From the NCBI GenBank assembly GCA_963821525.1, contig CAWGED010000004.1, forward strand, positions 288,001 through 352,000: a stretch of DNA of 64,000 bases, written 5' to 3'. This document shows positions 24,905-36,064 of the stretch, piece after piece. How positions within the stretch are numbered: the stretch's first letter is position 1; each line of letters opens with the position of its first letter. The notes beneath the pieces are model-generated. The model ran no database searches. It saw only the letters and a list, made by a program, of their open reading frames with translations, and was not told the DNA's origin. The DNA comes from an uncultured Gemmatimonadales bacterium (GTDB lineage: Bacteria; Gemmatimonadota; Gemmatimonadetes; Gemmatimonadales; GWC2-71-9). Made by a program: the position numbers and the translations under genes.

Positions 24905-26335
24905 ATGATTTTCCTTCGATTCTACCAGGAGCAGCTCGCGCAAGTGAGCTATCTCATCGGCTGCGGGCAGACCGGTGAGGCGCTGGTCGTGGACCCCACC
25001 CGGGACGTCGAGCAGTACATCAAGGCCGCAGATCGGTCGGGGCTCAAGATCACCGCGGTGACCGAGACCCACATTCACGCCGATTTTGTCTCCGGGGTGC
25101 GGGAACTGGCACAACGCACCGGCGCCAAGCCGTATCTGTCCGACGCCGGTGACCGGGACTGGAAATACACCTGGGCCGGTCCCGCAAACGCCGGACTGCT
25201 GAACGAAGGAAGCCAGCTCCGAATCGGCAACATCAAGATCGAGGCGTTGCACACTCCAGGTCATACGCCGGAGCACATGAGTTTCATGGTCACCGACGGT
25301 GCCGTGGCGGACTCGCCGATGGGCGTCGTTACCGGTGATTTCCTCTTTGTGGGAGACGTGGGCCGTCCCGACCTGCTGGAAAAGGCGGCCCGAGTGAGCG
25401 GTGCGTCGGAGCGTTCCGCCAAGGACCAGTTCGCCAGCGTCCAGCGTTTCCGCTCGATGCCGGATCACCTCCAGGTCTGGCCCGGTCACGGTGCGGGCTC
25501 GGCGTGCGGCAAGGCCATGAGCGCCGTCCCGCAGTCCACGATCGGCTATGAGAAGCGTTTCAACTGGGCTTTTCAGATTCCGGAAGAGGCGGAGTTCATT
25601 CGGCAGGTTCTCTCGGGCCAGCCCGATCCACCGCGATATTTCGGCGAGATGAAGCGACTGAACAAGCTGGGCCCCGCAATTCTGGGTGGTCTTCGCCGAC
25701 CGGCGAGGCTGCCGGAAACCCGGTTGCGTCCCTTGCTCCGCGATGGGGCCTTGGTCGTGGATCTCCGAACCGCGGCCGACTTCGCCGGCGGCCACGCACC
25801 CGGTTCCATCAATATCCCACTCAACCGCAGCTTCACCGGATGGGCCGGGTGGCTCCTCCCGTATGACCGCGACTTCTATCTCATCGTCGACGAGAGCACC
25901 ACGGCGGCAGTGGACGCCGCCGTCCGGGACCTCGCCTTGATCGGGCTCGACCGGATCGGAGGCTATTTCGGCAGCGAAGCCCTGGTCGCGTGGAAGGAGA
26001 CCGAGGGAGCGCTGGAGACAGTTCCCCAGGTTGAAATCGCGGCGCTGGCGGCTTCCCGGGATCGTCGTGTCGTCCTCGACGTTCGGGACGACTCGGAGTG
26101 GGCCGGCGGCCACCTTCCCGGAGCCCGACACATCCCACTGGGTCGGCTCCCCGACCGGCTGGGTGAGATCCCGCGGGACGGGGATCTCGTGGTCCACTGC
26201 CAGAGCGGATCCCGCTCCTCGATCGCCGCGAGCCTGCTGCTCGCCGGCGGGTTCACCCGTTTGGCCAATCTTACCCCTGGATTCGCTGGATGGATGTCGG
26301 CGGGGATGCCGGTCGAGCGCAGCTCGACTCCCTGA
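24905..26335 (+). CDS. MBL-fold persulfide dioxygenase-rhodanese fusion (CstB-like)
   Basis: ETHIHADF, TPGHTPEH, GDVGRPDL, PGHGAGSACGK; two rhodanese domains, active HCQSGSRS. Confidence 0.9.
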   Translation: MIFLRFYQEQLAQVSYLIGCGQTGEALVVDPTRDVEQYIKAADRSGLKITAVTETHIHADFVSGVRELAQRTGAKPYLSDAGDRDWKYTWAGPANAGLLNEGSQLRIGNIKIEALHTPGHTPEHMSFMVTDGAVADSPMGVVTGDFLFVGDVGRPDLLEKAARVSGASERSAKDQFASVQRFRSMPDHLQVWPGHGAGSACGKAMSAVPQSTIGYEKRFNWAFQIPEEAEFIRQVLSGQPDPPRYFGEMKRLNKLGPAILGGLRRPARLPETRLRPLLRDGALVVDLRTAADFAGGHAPGSINIPLNRSFTGWAGWLLPYDRDFYLIVDESTTAAVDAAVRDLALIGLDRIGGYFGSEALVAWKETEGALETVPQVEIAALAASRDRRVVLDVRDDSEWAGGHLPGARHIPLGRLPDRLGEIPRDGDLVVHCQSGSRSSIAASLLLAGGFTRLANLTPGFAGWMSAGMPVERSSTP

Positions 26336-27108
26336 CCCCGTTCGAACGCGCGGCGTTCCGTCTGGTTCGCCGGATGAATCAGGGTCGCTGGAAGCGACTC
26401 TGGTGCTGGTGTGGCCGGCAGATCGGCGCGCGTTGGATAGACGCCTTCATCGGGTCACGGCTCGAGATCCACGGCCTCGAACGAATCGCCACTGCCAGCC
26501 GCGAACGACCTCTCCTCCTCGCGGCCAATCATCGCAGCTTCTTCGACATGTATGTCGTGATGTCCCTGCTCTTCCGACGGACGAGCGGGTGGCGGGACAT
26601 CTACTTTCCGGTGCGCGGCCGGTTTTTCTATCAGTCCCCCCTCGGCGTCCTGGTCAACTTCGTCGGTGCCTGGTGGGCGATGTACCCGCCCTTCTTTCAC
26701 ACCGCCGGGAGACGCCGTTTCGATCAGTATGCCTTTCGGATTCTTGCTGACCTGTGCCGAGAAGGAGGAGGCCGGCTGATTGGCTTCCACCCTGAAGGGA
26801 CTCGCAACAAGAGCGAGGATCCCTACTCCTTCCTCGATGCCCAGCCCGGCATTGGCCGCCTCATCCTCGAGGCTCGGCCCCAGCTCGTGCCGGTCTTCAT
26901 TGCGGGACTCTCCAACAGCCTGGGCCATGAGCTGGGACATGGACGGCGAGAGGGTTCCCGAGTCCGGGTTCATTTCGGAGAACTGGTGGATTACAGCGCA
27001 TCGCCGGACCTGACTGAGCGGCTTCCGGCTCGGGCAGTTGCCGAGGACGTGATGCGAAGGATTCGAGCCCTGGCCGAGGAGGATCGCGCTCGCGATTCGG
27101 TCATCTGA
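26290..27108 (+). CDS. Lysophospholipid acyltransferase
   Basis: ANHRSFFD, FHPEGTRN. Confidence 0.88.
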   Translation: MDVGGDAGRAQLDSLTPFERAAFRLVRRMNQGRWKRLWCWCGRQIGARWIDAFIGSRLEIHGLERIATASRERPLLLAANHRSFFDMYVVMSLLFRRTSGWRDIYFPVRGRFFYQSPLGVLVNFVGAWWAMYPPFFHTAGRRRFDQYAFRILADLCREGGGRLIGFHPEGTRNKSEDPYSFLDAQPGIGRLILEARPQLVPVFIAGLSNSLGHELGHGRREGSRVRVHFGELVDYSASPDLTERLPARAVAEDVMRRIRALAEEDRARDSVI

Positions 27109-27156
27109 CCGTTCGCGTCCCCCCCTATTAGGTTGCAACACCCTTTCCCCGTCCTG

Positions 27157-29459
27157 ATGACCAACGCCGCAGGTCTGATTTCATACCTCGGAACCTGGGT
27201 GCAGCTGGGCGGAATTCTCCTCCTGCTCACGCTGTTCCGGCTGCTATCCCGCCACGCGGGAACCCGCTCCTATTTCGTCATCTGGGCCCAAGCCTGGCTG
27301 GTGCTGCTGCTCGCCGTCACGGCGATTCTGCTCCGCTACTTCCTGGCTCCGGGGCTCACTCCGGTGCTTCTCGCGGAAAAGAGTCCTCTGGCGACTCTGC
27401 TTTATCTGGTCTACCAGTCCGCGAAGCTGCTGCATCTCGGGCTCCTGTTTTCCGGGACGATCGAATTCGCCCAAGGCCGGCACGTCCCGCGTAACTGGCT
27501 GCCGTGGGCAGCGGCAATCGGTATCTATGCGGCCCGACAGTAGTCCAATCGCCGGACCTCAACCGGATCGTTTTCTGGCAGGGATTCGTTGGAGTGGCCG
27601 TCTACGCTACGTGCGCGTGGCTCATGCTGGCGCTGCCCGGGGAGCGGAAGACTCCAGGCACCCGGGTTACCGGAGTCACCTTCACCCTGCTCGCCGCGCT
27701 TTGGGTGGTTTACCTCCTGGTCTTCGGCGGATTACAGAAGGCAGGACTGCAGGTCATAGCTTCACCGCTTTCCACCTTCGCTCAGTTCAACTCCTATTTC
27801 GATATTGTCCTGGCGCTGCTGCTGGGCTACGGGATGGTTGTCATTCTTCTGGAGGACTCGCGGCGCGACGTCGACCACGCCAGGATAGCTCGATTGCAGG
27901 ATGTCGCGGCCTCGGAAGCGCGGATGGTTGGATTGGTCGGTGCGGCGACCGAGGCCATCGTAACACTCGACGAGTCCTACTGCGTGGCGATCTTCAATCC
28001 TGCCGCGGAACGGATGTTCCACCTCACGGCTTCGGACGCAACCGGCAAACCCTTCAGCGAACTCATTGCTCCTCGCGCGCGCGCCCAGGTCGAAGCGCTG
28101 CTCGCCCAGAGCGACGACCCCCTCAACCGGCCGGGCCCGCCCTCTCTTTTTCCGGGATTGCGTCCCGACGGCAGCGAGTTGCCGCTGGAATGCTCGGTTT
28201 CTACCCGACGGCTGGCAGACTCGCTCATGCGAATAGTCGTGCTGAATGACGTGTCGGAGCGGTTGGCCGCCGAGGCCGAGCGGGAGGAGCTGACCAGCAG
28301 ACTTGCCCAGTCGTTACGGATGGAGGCGGTCGGGCGACTCGTCTCCGGTGTGGCCCATGAGCTCAACAACCCGCTGGCGGCGATCCTCACTTTCAGTGAA
28401 GACCTTCTGCGCGAGCCTGCACCAGGACTCCCCACCGAGCCACTCGTGGTCATTCGGGATCAAGCTCAGCGAGCCCGTGCCATTGTGCGTGACCTCCTCG
28501 CCTTTGTTCGGCGGCGCGAGGAGCGCCGGGAACACATTGCGACGAATGATCTGGTCGAGCGAGTGACCAAGGCCATGGGGAGGGAGATCGAACGGCTGGA
28601 GCTTCGGATGGAGGTGGAAGTCGGGTCGGAGCTGCCGGGGATCATCGGGGATTCGGTCGGCCTGGAGCAGGTTCTGACCAACCTGCTCGACAATGCCATG
28701 CGAGCGGCCGGCAAGCGCGGCTGGGTTGCACTTCGCGCTGAGACGGTCCGTGAGGGGCTGCAGATCGTGGTCGAGGATAGTGGAGAGGGGATCCGGCCCG
28801 AATTGCTGCCTCGGATATTCGAACCGTTCTTCACTACCCGAAAAGCGGGCCAGGGCACCGGTCTGGGGCTCTCCGTTTCCCTCGGCATTGTGGAACAACA
28901 TGGTGGCCGGCTCACGGTGGAGAACCGGCCGGGCCCTGAGCACGGAGCCCGTTTCAGCGTCCTGCTTCCGTTCGGAGTTGCCGCCACCGACCGTCGCCTC
29001 ACCCCGAGGGTGCCGTCGGTTCCCGTGGAGGACCCACTCTCCTCCCTGCCGAAGGCAGAGCCTGGGCGAAGCCCGCGAGTGCTGATCATTGACGACGAAG
29101 CACCGGTGCGAGCCGCGATGCGCCGGTTCTTCGAGCGGCGCGGGTGGACGGTCGAGGAGGCTGAAGACGGACAACCCGGTCTCGCGGCGGTTCTCGCCGC
29201 CCCGGACGACGAGCTGTATGACCTGGTGATTTCAGATCTAAAGATGCCCGGGATGTCGGGCATTGATGTGCATAACGGACTCGCCGCAACCAAACCCGCC
29301 TTGTTACGTCGCCTGGTAATTGCGACGGGAGATACCGCTTCGCCGGATGCCGTCGTTTTCCTCAGCAAGACCCGCTGTCCGATTCTCGAAAAGCCGTTTG
29401 CCCTCGATGACTTGGCCCGCATTGCCGATCAGGTGATGGGTCACACCTCGCAGGGGTAA
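27157..29459 (+). CDS. Multi-TM PAS hybrid histidine kinase with REC, frameshift near 27535
   Basis: Hydrophobic N-terminus; PAS IFNPAAERMF; GVAHELNNPL; GQGTGLGL; REC IIDDE..SDLKMP..KPF. Confidence 0.88.
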
Positions 29460-29633
29460 CGATCTGTCGGTGTGACCGCGTTGCGTTCGATTGGTGAGCA
29501 TCGCGCGTTTCTGGTTAGGTCGCCTGCCTTTCAACCACGGAAATTCTTTTTGGGGGGGGCCCCCGAAGGCTGCCGGTTTGGTCTCCATCCTGCCGTCTCC
29601 GCTCTTCGACCTGTCAAAGTGGCCAGCCCGAGG

Positions 29634-29649
29634 CGGCACACCTGGTGCA
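29634..29649 (+). promoter_or_regulatory. Candidate sigma54 promoter of hsp20
   Basis: CGGCAC-ACCTG-GTGCA (GG-N10-GC) about 70 nt before the ATG. Confidence 0.4.
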
Positions 29650-29720
29650 ATAGCACTAGTTGCTGCCCGATCGAGATACGCGGGCCTGAACTCACACTTA
29701 CAGATTTTTCGGAGGTAAGT

Positions 29721-30179
29721 ATGTCCCTGATGTTGCGCCGTTTCGCTCCTGCCAACGATCTGCTTGGCGTGCGCCGGCTGAATGCGCTGCTGGACGAGGC
29801 CTTTACTGGTTGGCCGGTTGGTAATGGAGTCGCGCCGTCCGCGTGGCTGCCGTCGGTTGACGTCTTCGAGGACAAGGAGAGCCTTAAGATCGTGGCCGAG
29901 TTGCCTGGCCTGAAGCCCGAAGATGTGAAGATCACCCTGGAGAACAGCACCCTCACCCTGCGTGGCGAAAAGAAGCAGGTCGCAGAAGAGAAGACCGAGC
30001 GGGTGCACCGCTATGAGCGGAGCTATGGCAGCTTCGAGCGGTCGTTCTCCCTGCCCAACACCGTCGATGTCGAGAAGGTGGAGGCCGGGTTCGAGAACGG
30101 GGTGCTGACGATCACCCTGCCGAAGGCGGAGAAGGCGAAGCCGCGGGAGATTGCGGTGAAGCCGGCCGTCAGCCGCTAG
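29721..30179 (+). CDS. Hsp20/alpha-crystallin small heat-shock protein
   Basis: GGAGG RBS; PSVDVFE, AELPG, ERSYGSFERSFSLP, NGVLTITLPK. Confidence 0.95.
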   Translation: MSLMLRRFAPANDLLGVRRLNALLDEAFTGWPVGNGVAPSAWLPSVDVFEDKESLKIVAELPGLKPEDVKITLENSTLTLRGEKKQVAEEKTERVHRYERSYGSFERSFSLPNTVDVEKVEAGFENGVLTITLPKAEKAKPREIAVKPAVSR

Positions 30180-30309
30180 CCGTCAGCCGTCTAGCTATTA
30201 GCTGTTAGCTGTACCTCAAATAGAAACCCTCCGTGCCATTCACCGGAGGGTTTCGTTTGTTCCGGAACCGCTAACCGCTAACCGCTAACCGCTAACGGCT
30301 GACGGCTAA
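30165..30309. repeat. Inverted heptamer arrays (GCYGTYA / AACCGCT) around a terminator
   Basis: Left 30165-30213, right 30266-30309; both flanking stop codons lie within the units. Confidence 0.92.
30223..30260. terminator. Intrinsic terminator between hsp20 and the convergent ALDH gene
   Basis: GAAACCCTCCG..CGGAGGGTTTC followed by GTTTGT. Confidence 0.8.
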
Positions 30310-31759
30310 TACCACCCGATCGGCGCCTCATCCAAATTGATGTACACCTGCTTCGTCTCCATGTACTCCTCTACACCCCAGTGGCCGAGTTCGCGGCCGA
30401 AGCCCGACATCTTGTAGCCGCCCCACGGCGCCTCCAGCATGGTGGGCTGCATGTGATTGACCCAGACCACTCCGGCCTCGAGGCTCTTCACCACCCGGAA
30501 TGCCTTGAAGATGTCACGGGTCCACACCGCCGCCGCGAGCCCGTAAGGCGTGGCGTTGGCGATCTCGATCGCTTCCGCCTCGTCTTTGAACGGGATCACG
30601 CTCATCACCGGTCCGAAGATTTCTTCCTGCGCGATCTTGGCGTTGTTGTCCACGTCGTAGAAAATGGTAGGCTCGACGTACCAGCCCTTGTCGAATTGTC
30701 GGGCACACCGCCGCCCGCGGCGACCTTCGCCTCCTTCCGACCGATGGCCTGGTACTTCACCACGCGGTCTCGCTGTTCCGCGCTGACCAGCGGCCCCATC
30801 TTGGTGTCCCGCTCGATGCCCGGTCCCAGCTTGATCGTCTTGGCCTTCGCGGCGCAGGCCTCGACGAACTTCTTGTAGATGTCCTTCTGGACCAGCACGC
30901 GGCTCCCCGCTGAACAGACCTCGCCCTGGTTGATGAAGGTCCCGAACAGGGCTCCGTCCACCGCGGCTTCGAAGTCCGCATCGGAGAAGAAGATGTTGGG
31001 AGACTTGCCGCCCAGCTCCAGCGAGACTCGCTTCAGCTGATCCGAAGCGTTCCTCATGATCAGCTTGCCGACCTCGGCCGAGCCGGTGAAGGCGATCTTC
31101 CGGATGTCGGGATGGACCACGATGGGCCCGCCGGCGTCGGGGCCGAGTCCGGTAACGATGTTCACGACACCCGGTGGAAGCCCGATCGCCTCGAAATCCT
31201 TGGCAAGGTCGAGCAGGGAGAGCGGCGTCTGCTCGGCGGGCTTGATGACCACCGTGCAGCCGGCCGCCAGGGCGGGTCCGAGCTTCCAGGCGGCCATCGC
31301 GAGCGGGTAGTTCCAGGGGATGATCTGCCCGGCGACACCCATCGGCTCCTTCACCGCGAGCACCATGGCGTTGGTCGGAACCGGAATCACTTCGCCGTTG
31401 ATCTTGGTGGCGAGCCCGCCGTAGTACTCGAAGCAGGTCGCCGAATCATCCATGTCGTATTCGGACTCGACGATCGGTTTGCCGGAGTTGAGGGTTTCGA
31501 TCTTGGCCAGCTCGTCCCGTCGGGCCCGGACCCGTTCGGCGAGCCGGATCAGGATTCGGCCTCGCTCCTGGGCGGAGGTGTTCTTCCATCCTCCATAGAA
31601 CGCCTTCTTGGCCGCCTGAGCCGCCTTGTCGATGTCCTTTGCGTCTCCGGCGGGGCAGGTGGCGATCACTTCCTCGGTGGCGGGATCGTAGACGTTGAAG
31701 GTCTTGCGGCTGGTCGCGTCGACGAATTTTCCGTTGATGAACATTTGGTACTTGCTCAC
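30306..31759 (-). CDS. Aldehyde dehydrogenase (betaine/aminobutyraldehyde type), frameshifts near 30660-30700
   Basis: IIPWNYP, KPAEQTP, FTGS, LELGGKSP, QGEVCSAG, EEIFGP, PWGGYKMSG. Confidence 0.93.
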
Positions 31760-31769
31760 GATGGGCTCC

Positions 31770-31817
31770 GAGTCGGAGAGTCTGAAGTCTGAAGTCTGGA
31801 GTCTGGAGTCTGGAGTC
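31770..31817. repeat. RAGTCTG x5-6, left flank of the four-helix-bundle gene
   Basis: Read directly; ends at the ALDH RBS on the minus strand. Confidence 0.95.
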
Positions 31818-31915
31818 AAAGACAGCTCGCCATCCATCATTGGAGGCCGCGTATTTATGCCTACCGGTGCAATCGAAGGATTAGCTCCATCAATACTCCA
31901 GGGGCAGCTTCAGAG

Positions 31916-32296
31916 ATGGGCGATTTCAAGAGCCTTCGCGTCTGGAAACGATCCTATGCTCTGAGTCTCGGCGTCTACAGAGCAACGAAAGACTTCCCGG
32001 CCTCAGAATTGTACGGCATGACTTCCCAGCTTCGACGCGCGGCCGTCTCTATCGTATCCAACATTGCCGAGGGATGCGGCCGAGCCGGAGACCCGGATTT
32101 GAGACGATTCCTGAAGATTGCGCGCGGGTCGCTTTTCGAGGTGCAATGTCAGCTCTTGCTCGCCGTAGATCTAGGGTACGGTAATAAAGACTTGCTCGCT
32201 CAACTCGAACTCGAAACACGCGAGATCAGCCTGATGCTCCACTGTCTGATTCGGTCTCTGAAGTCGGGAGTAGGGGGTCGGGGCTCGGGAGTCTGA
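31916..32296 (+). CDS. Four helix bundle protein (23S rRNA intervening-sequence protein/Avd-like family)
   Basis: FKSLRVWKRS..VYRATKDFP..ELYGMTSQLRRAAVSIVSNIAEGCGR..FLKIARGSLFEVQCQL. Confidence 0.95.
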   Translation: MGDFKSLRVWKRSYALSLGVYRATKDFPASELYGMTSQLRRAAVSIVSNIAEGCGRAGDPDLRRFLKIARGSLFEVQCQLLLAVDLGYGNKDLLAQLELETREISLMLHCLIRSLKSGVGGRGSGV

Positions 32297-32345
32297 AGTC
32301 GGGGAGTCTCCAGACCCCAGACTCCAGACTCCAGACTCCAGACTA
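32255..32345. repeat. Right flank: degenerate RRGTCGG x6-7 followed by inverted CCAGACT x5
   Basis: Read directly; CCAGACT is the reverse complement of the left-flank AGTCTGG. Confidence 0.95.
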
Positions 32346-33933
32346 GCTGTCCCTCAAAATCTCCCTTGCCGCATTGTATCCACACGCTCCCATGACCCCG
32401 CCGCCGGGATGGGTCGCGGCGCCGCACATGTATAGCCCCTTGATCGGAGTACGGTAATCGGCGTAGCCGGGAACCGGCCGCATGAACGAAAGACTGGACA
32501 GCGACATCGTTCCCTGCATGATATTTCCGCCGGTCAGTCCGAAGCGGGTCTCGAGATCGGCCGGGGCGAGCACCTGGTAGTTGATCACCGCTTTCCGGAA
32601 GTTCGGCGCGTACTCCGTCATGATGTCGATGCAGCGCTCGGCATAACGCTTCTTGTTTTCCTCCAGAGTTCCCGCATCCGGCGCGAGCTTGTAGGGGAAA
32701 TACTGGGTGAACATCGACATCACGTGCTGCCCCTTGGGAGCCACCGTGTCGTCCAGCGAACTGGGGATCGTAGCCTCGACGATCGGATTCTCCGAGATGT
32801 AGCCGTACTTGGCGCGATCGAATGCCTTCTCGATGTAGTCCCGGGTGGGGCAGAGGTGGATCGTGCCGCGGTGCTGAGGTCCCGCGGTATTCCCGGGCAG
32901 ACAGGTGAAATTCGGCACCTCGGACAGCGCCAGGTTCACCTTGCAGCTCGCGCTGGCGTAGTCGAGATGGCGGACCGAATCCGCAAAGTCGGTCGGCAGC
33001 TCCTTGGGATCCATCAGCTGCAGGAAGGTGACGTGCGCGTCGACTGAAGACACGACCTTTGCGGCCCGATACTCGGTGCCATCCTTCATCGCTACTCCGA
33101 CAGCGCGCCCACCGTTGGTGAGAATTCTGGCGACCGGGGCATTCACCTTGATCTCGGCGCCTTTTTCCTTCGCGGCGGACGCGATCGCGTTACTGAGTCC
33201 ACCCATCCCGCCGCGCACGTATCCCCAGACTCCGCGTACCCCGTCGCACTCACCCATCACGTGGTGGAACAGCACATAGGCCGTTCCCGGCATCGAAGGA
33301 GTGGCGAAAGCGCCGATGATCGCATCGGTGGCGATCGTCGCCTTGACCTCTTCCGATTCGAACCAGCGATCGAGGATCGGATTGGCGGCGCCGGTAAGAA
33401 TCTCGACCGCCTTCTGTCCGTCGGTGCCGAGTTTCTTGAAGGCGAGTCCCAGCTTGAGCAATTGAAGCAGGTTGCCCGGCGCCATGGACCAGGGATTGGG
33501 CGGGGTCTGGACCAGCGTCGGCTCCAGGAAGTCGGCGACTCGCTCCAGCATCGCCTCATACTTGGGAAGCGCCTCGGCATCCTTCTTCGAAAACTTGGAT
33601 ACCTCCCGGTGAGTCATCTCCTTGTCGGGACCCATCAGGAGATACCGGCCGTCGGGGAACGGGCGTGAAGCTCGACGGGCTCCGGGGCAACATGGCGAAG
33701 CCGTGCCGCTTGAGCTCCAGGTCTCGAATGATCTCGGGACGGAAGAGGCTGTTGACGTAGCTGGCAGTCGAGACCTTGAAGCCGGGCCAGAGCTCCTCGG
33801 TCACGGCGCAGCCGCCGACCAACTCGCGCCGCTCGAGAACCAGCACCTTGCGTCCGGCGCGGGCGAGATATGCGGCGGTGACCAAGCCGTTATGGCCACC
33901 GCCGATGATGATGGCATCGTATTGGTTGGACAT
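32343..33933 (-). CDS. Phytoene dehydrogenase-like FAD oxidoreductase, frameshift near 33660
   Basis: YDAIIIGGGHNGLVTAAYLA, VRGGMG, LTGGNI, LYMCGAATHPGGGVMG. Confidence 0.9.
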
Positions 33934-33976
33934 CGGAGTCTTCAACATTTGAATGGTGATGGGGTGACAACCAGGA

Positions 33977-34057
33977 GCCGCAGGCCGTACGCCATAAGCC
34001 TTAAGCCGTTGCCCAAGCGTCAAGAGCTTAAGGCTTTACGGTGTAAGGATTATGGCT
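33977..34057. repeat. Degenerate inverted heptamer arrays (GCCNTAA / TTANGGC)
   Basis: GCCGCAG GCCGTAC GCCATAA GCCTTAA ... TTAAGGC TTTACGG TGTAAGG ATTATGGC. Confidence 0.75.
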
Positions 34058-34176
34058 TCACCTCACCATTCATCCTTATCGAGCCGGAGACCGATCCCAC
34101 GGTTGCAGAGAGTCACCCAGGTCATCGGTGGGAGAAGCTAACTCGGGGGCGGATTGGCGCAATGGAGTGTGGAATG

Positions 34177-34259
34177 AATTGCAGATTGAAGATTTCAGAT
34201 TGAAGATTTAAGGAACTTCTGCCTGCAAATCTTCAATCTGAAATCCTCAATCTTCAATC
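34177..34259. repeat. Inverted heptamer arrays (GATTGAA/GATTTCA vs TTCAATC/TGAAATC)
   Basis: Near-perfect ~30 bp stem; contains the potC stop. Confidence 0.93.
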
Positions 34260-35087
34260 GCTTGTCTTGTCTCTCATCAGTCTCGCCCACACCCAAATCA
34301 CCACGACCGAGACCAGGAAGATCACGGTGCCGATTGCATTCACTTCTGGTGTGATCCCGCGGCGGAGCTGACCCCAGATCTGGAGCGGCAGCGTATTCTG
34401 GCGGCCGATGAGGAAGAATGTCACCGCGATCTCATCGAGACTCAGGGTGAACACCAGGAGCCCGGCCCCCAGCACCGCAGAGCGGATGTTAGGCAGGGTG
34501 ACAAGCCAGAACGTCTTCCATTCGCTGGCGTAGAGGTCCTGACTCGCTTCCTCAAGCGCGCGGTCGAATCGCTGCAACCGGGCGTACACCTGGGTCACTA
34601 CCACCGAGGTGAGCGCCGCGCCGTGACCCAATACCACGGGCCAGCCTGGGATGATGGGGAATCCGCTCGAAAGGCTCAGCCCGATAAACGAGAAATAAGT
34701 AAGGAGAGCGACTCCAGTGATGATGCCGGGGAGAATCAGCGGCAGAAGGACCAGGCGGCGAAAGGCGGCCTTTCCCGGAAACTCGAGCCGGTCAAGCGCG
34801 AACGCGCCGGGCACCCCCACCAGGAGCGCAATCACCACCGCCAGCAGCGCGAGTTTTGCGCTGGCCAGCGTCGCCGCGATCATGCCGCGATCGTGCGCCA
34901 GGTCCACGAACCAATGGAGCGTGAAAGGCCGGAACGGCCAGGCCACGATGCTCGAGTCGTGGAAGGCGTAGAGCACCACGACCACGAGCGGGAGATAGAT
35001 GAACGCAAAGACCGCGGCTCCCGCGGTCCAGAGCGCGCTGGACCACCAGTCAGTGCCGGGAGCCTCGGCGACCCGGGTCGCGCTCAC
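34254..35087 (-). CDS. potC: Polyamine ABC permease
   Basis: [33 protein letters not shown]. Confidence 0.88.
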   Translation of the reverse strand: MSATRVAEAPGTDWWSSALWTAGAAVFAFIYLPLVVVVLYAFHDSSIVAWPFRPFTLHWFVDLAHDRGMIAATLASAKLALLAVVIALLVGVPGAFALDRLEFPGKAAFRRLVLLPLILPGIITGVALLTYFSFIGLSLSSGFPIIPGWPVVLGHGAALTSVVVTQVYARLQRFDRALEEASQDLYASEWKTFWLVTLPNIRSAVLGAGLLVFTLSLDEIAVTFFLIGRQNTLPLQIWGQLRRGITPEVNAIGTVIFLVSVVVIWVWARLMRDKTSD

Positions 35088-36064
35088 TTGGTCGGGCCTG
35101 CCGTGCCCACCGCGGCGGCTGCGGCAGCCTGGACCTTGCCGGTCGAACCGGTGTAGTTCATCGCGGTCTCGATCTTGTTCGCCAGCCAGAGCAGGGTGAA
35201 GGTCAGCACCAGCATCACCACCGAGACAGCGGCCCCGAGCGGCCAGTTGTATGCCACGCCGAAGAGACTCACCACCAGATTCGACACCATGAGGGCGCTG
35301 TCATTGCCGCCCAGCAGCCCCGGCGCGATGAAATCACCCATGCTGAGGACAAAGCTGAACGTGCAGCCCGCGACTACACCGGGGAGTGAGAGCGGGAGCA
35401 CCACGTGCCGAAAGGTCTGCCAGCGACTGGCGTAGAGATCCTGGCTCGCTTCCTTCAACGCCGGAGGTATGGATTCGAGCACCGCATAGATCGGCATCAG
35501 GGTGAATGGCGTGTAGATGTGAATCAGCGCGATGATCACCGCCCACTTGCTGTAGAGCAGGAAGGTGACCGGCTGATCTATCAGGTGCGCCCACTGCAGA
35601 AAACCGTTCAGGATCCCTTCCTGCCCCAGGATGATCTTCCAGGCATAGGCCCGGACGAGGTAACTGACCCAGAGCGGAATGATCACCGCCATGTACATCA
35701 GGTTCCGATGTCGCTTGACCTTGAACGCCAACAGGTAGGCCAGCGGGTAGGCGAGCAGCAGGGCCACGATGGTGACCCGTGCCGCGATACCGGCGGAGAA
35801 GAGGATCGTGTTGGGATAGAGGGCCGTGCCGAAGAGCCGGCGGTAGTTCTCCAGCGTCAGCTCATGGGTGAGCTTGCCGTTGGTGAGCCGGAAGAACGAG
35901 TGGGCGAACAGGAACAAATACGGCAGCAGGAGCAGGACGGTCACAAAACCAACTGGCAGTCCCGCGCCGATGAGGGTGCGAATGCGGGGCCGGGCCCGAA
36001 TCCAGTCGAGCCAGTCGGGCTTGGCGGCGGGGAGACTAGTCGCCGACACAGCGTCCTCGCTCAA
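35084..36064 (-). CDS. potB: Polyamine ABC permease
   Basis: [32 protein letters not shown]. Confidence 0.88.
   Translation of the reverse strand: MSEDAVSATSLPAAKPDWLDWIRARPRIRTLIGAGLPVGFVTVLLLLPYLFLFAHSFFRLTNGKLTHELTLENYRRLFGTALYPNTILFSAGIAARVTIVALLLAYPLAYLLAFKVKRHRNLMYMAVIIPLWVSYLVRAYAWKIILGQEGILNGFLQWAHLIDQPVTFLLYSKWAVIIALIHIYTPFTLMPIYAVLESIPPALKEASQDLYASRWQTFRHVVLPLSLPGVVAGCTFSFVLSMGDFIAPGLLGGNDSALMVSNLVVSLFGVAYNWPLGAAVSVVMLVLTFTLLWLANKIETAMNYTGSTGKVQAAAAAAVGTAGPTK

Noticed and set aside
24824..26197. N-terminal extension of the 765-aa minus-strand ORF
   Set aside because: Antisense shadow of the MBL-rhodanese gene; the esterase begins near 24823
31916..32296. Diversity-generating retroelement or rRNA intervening sequence
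   Set aside because: No reverse transcriptase, TR/VR pair or rRNA in the window
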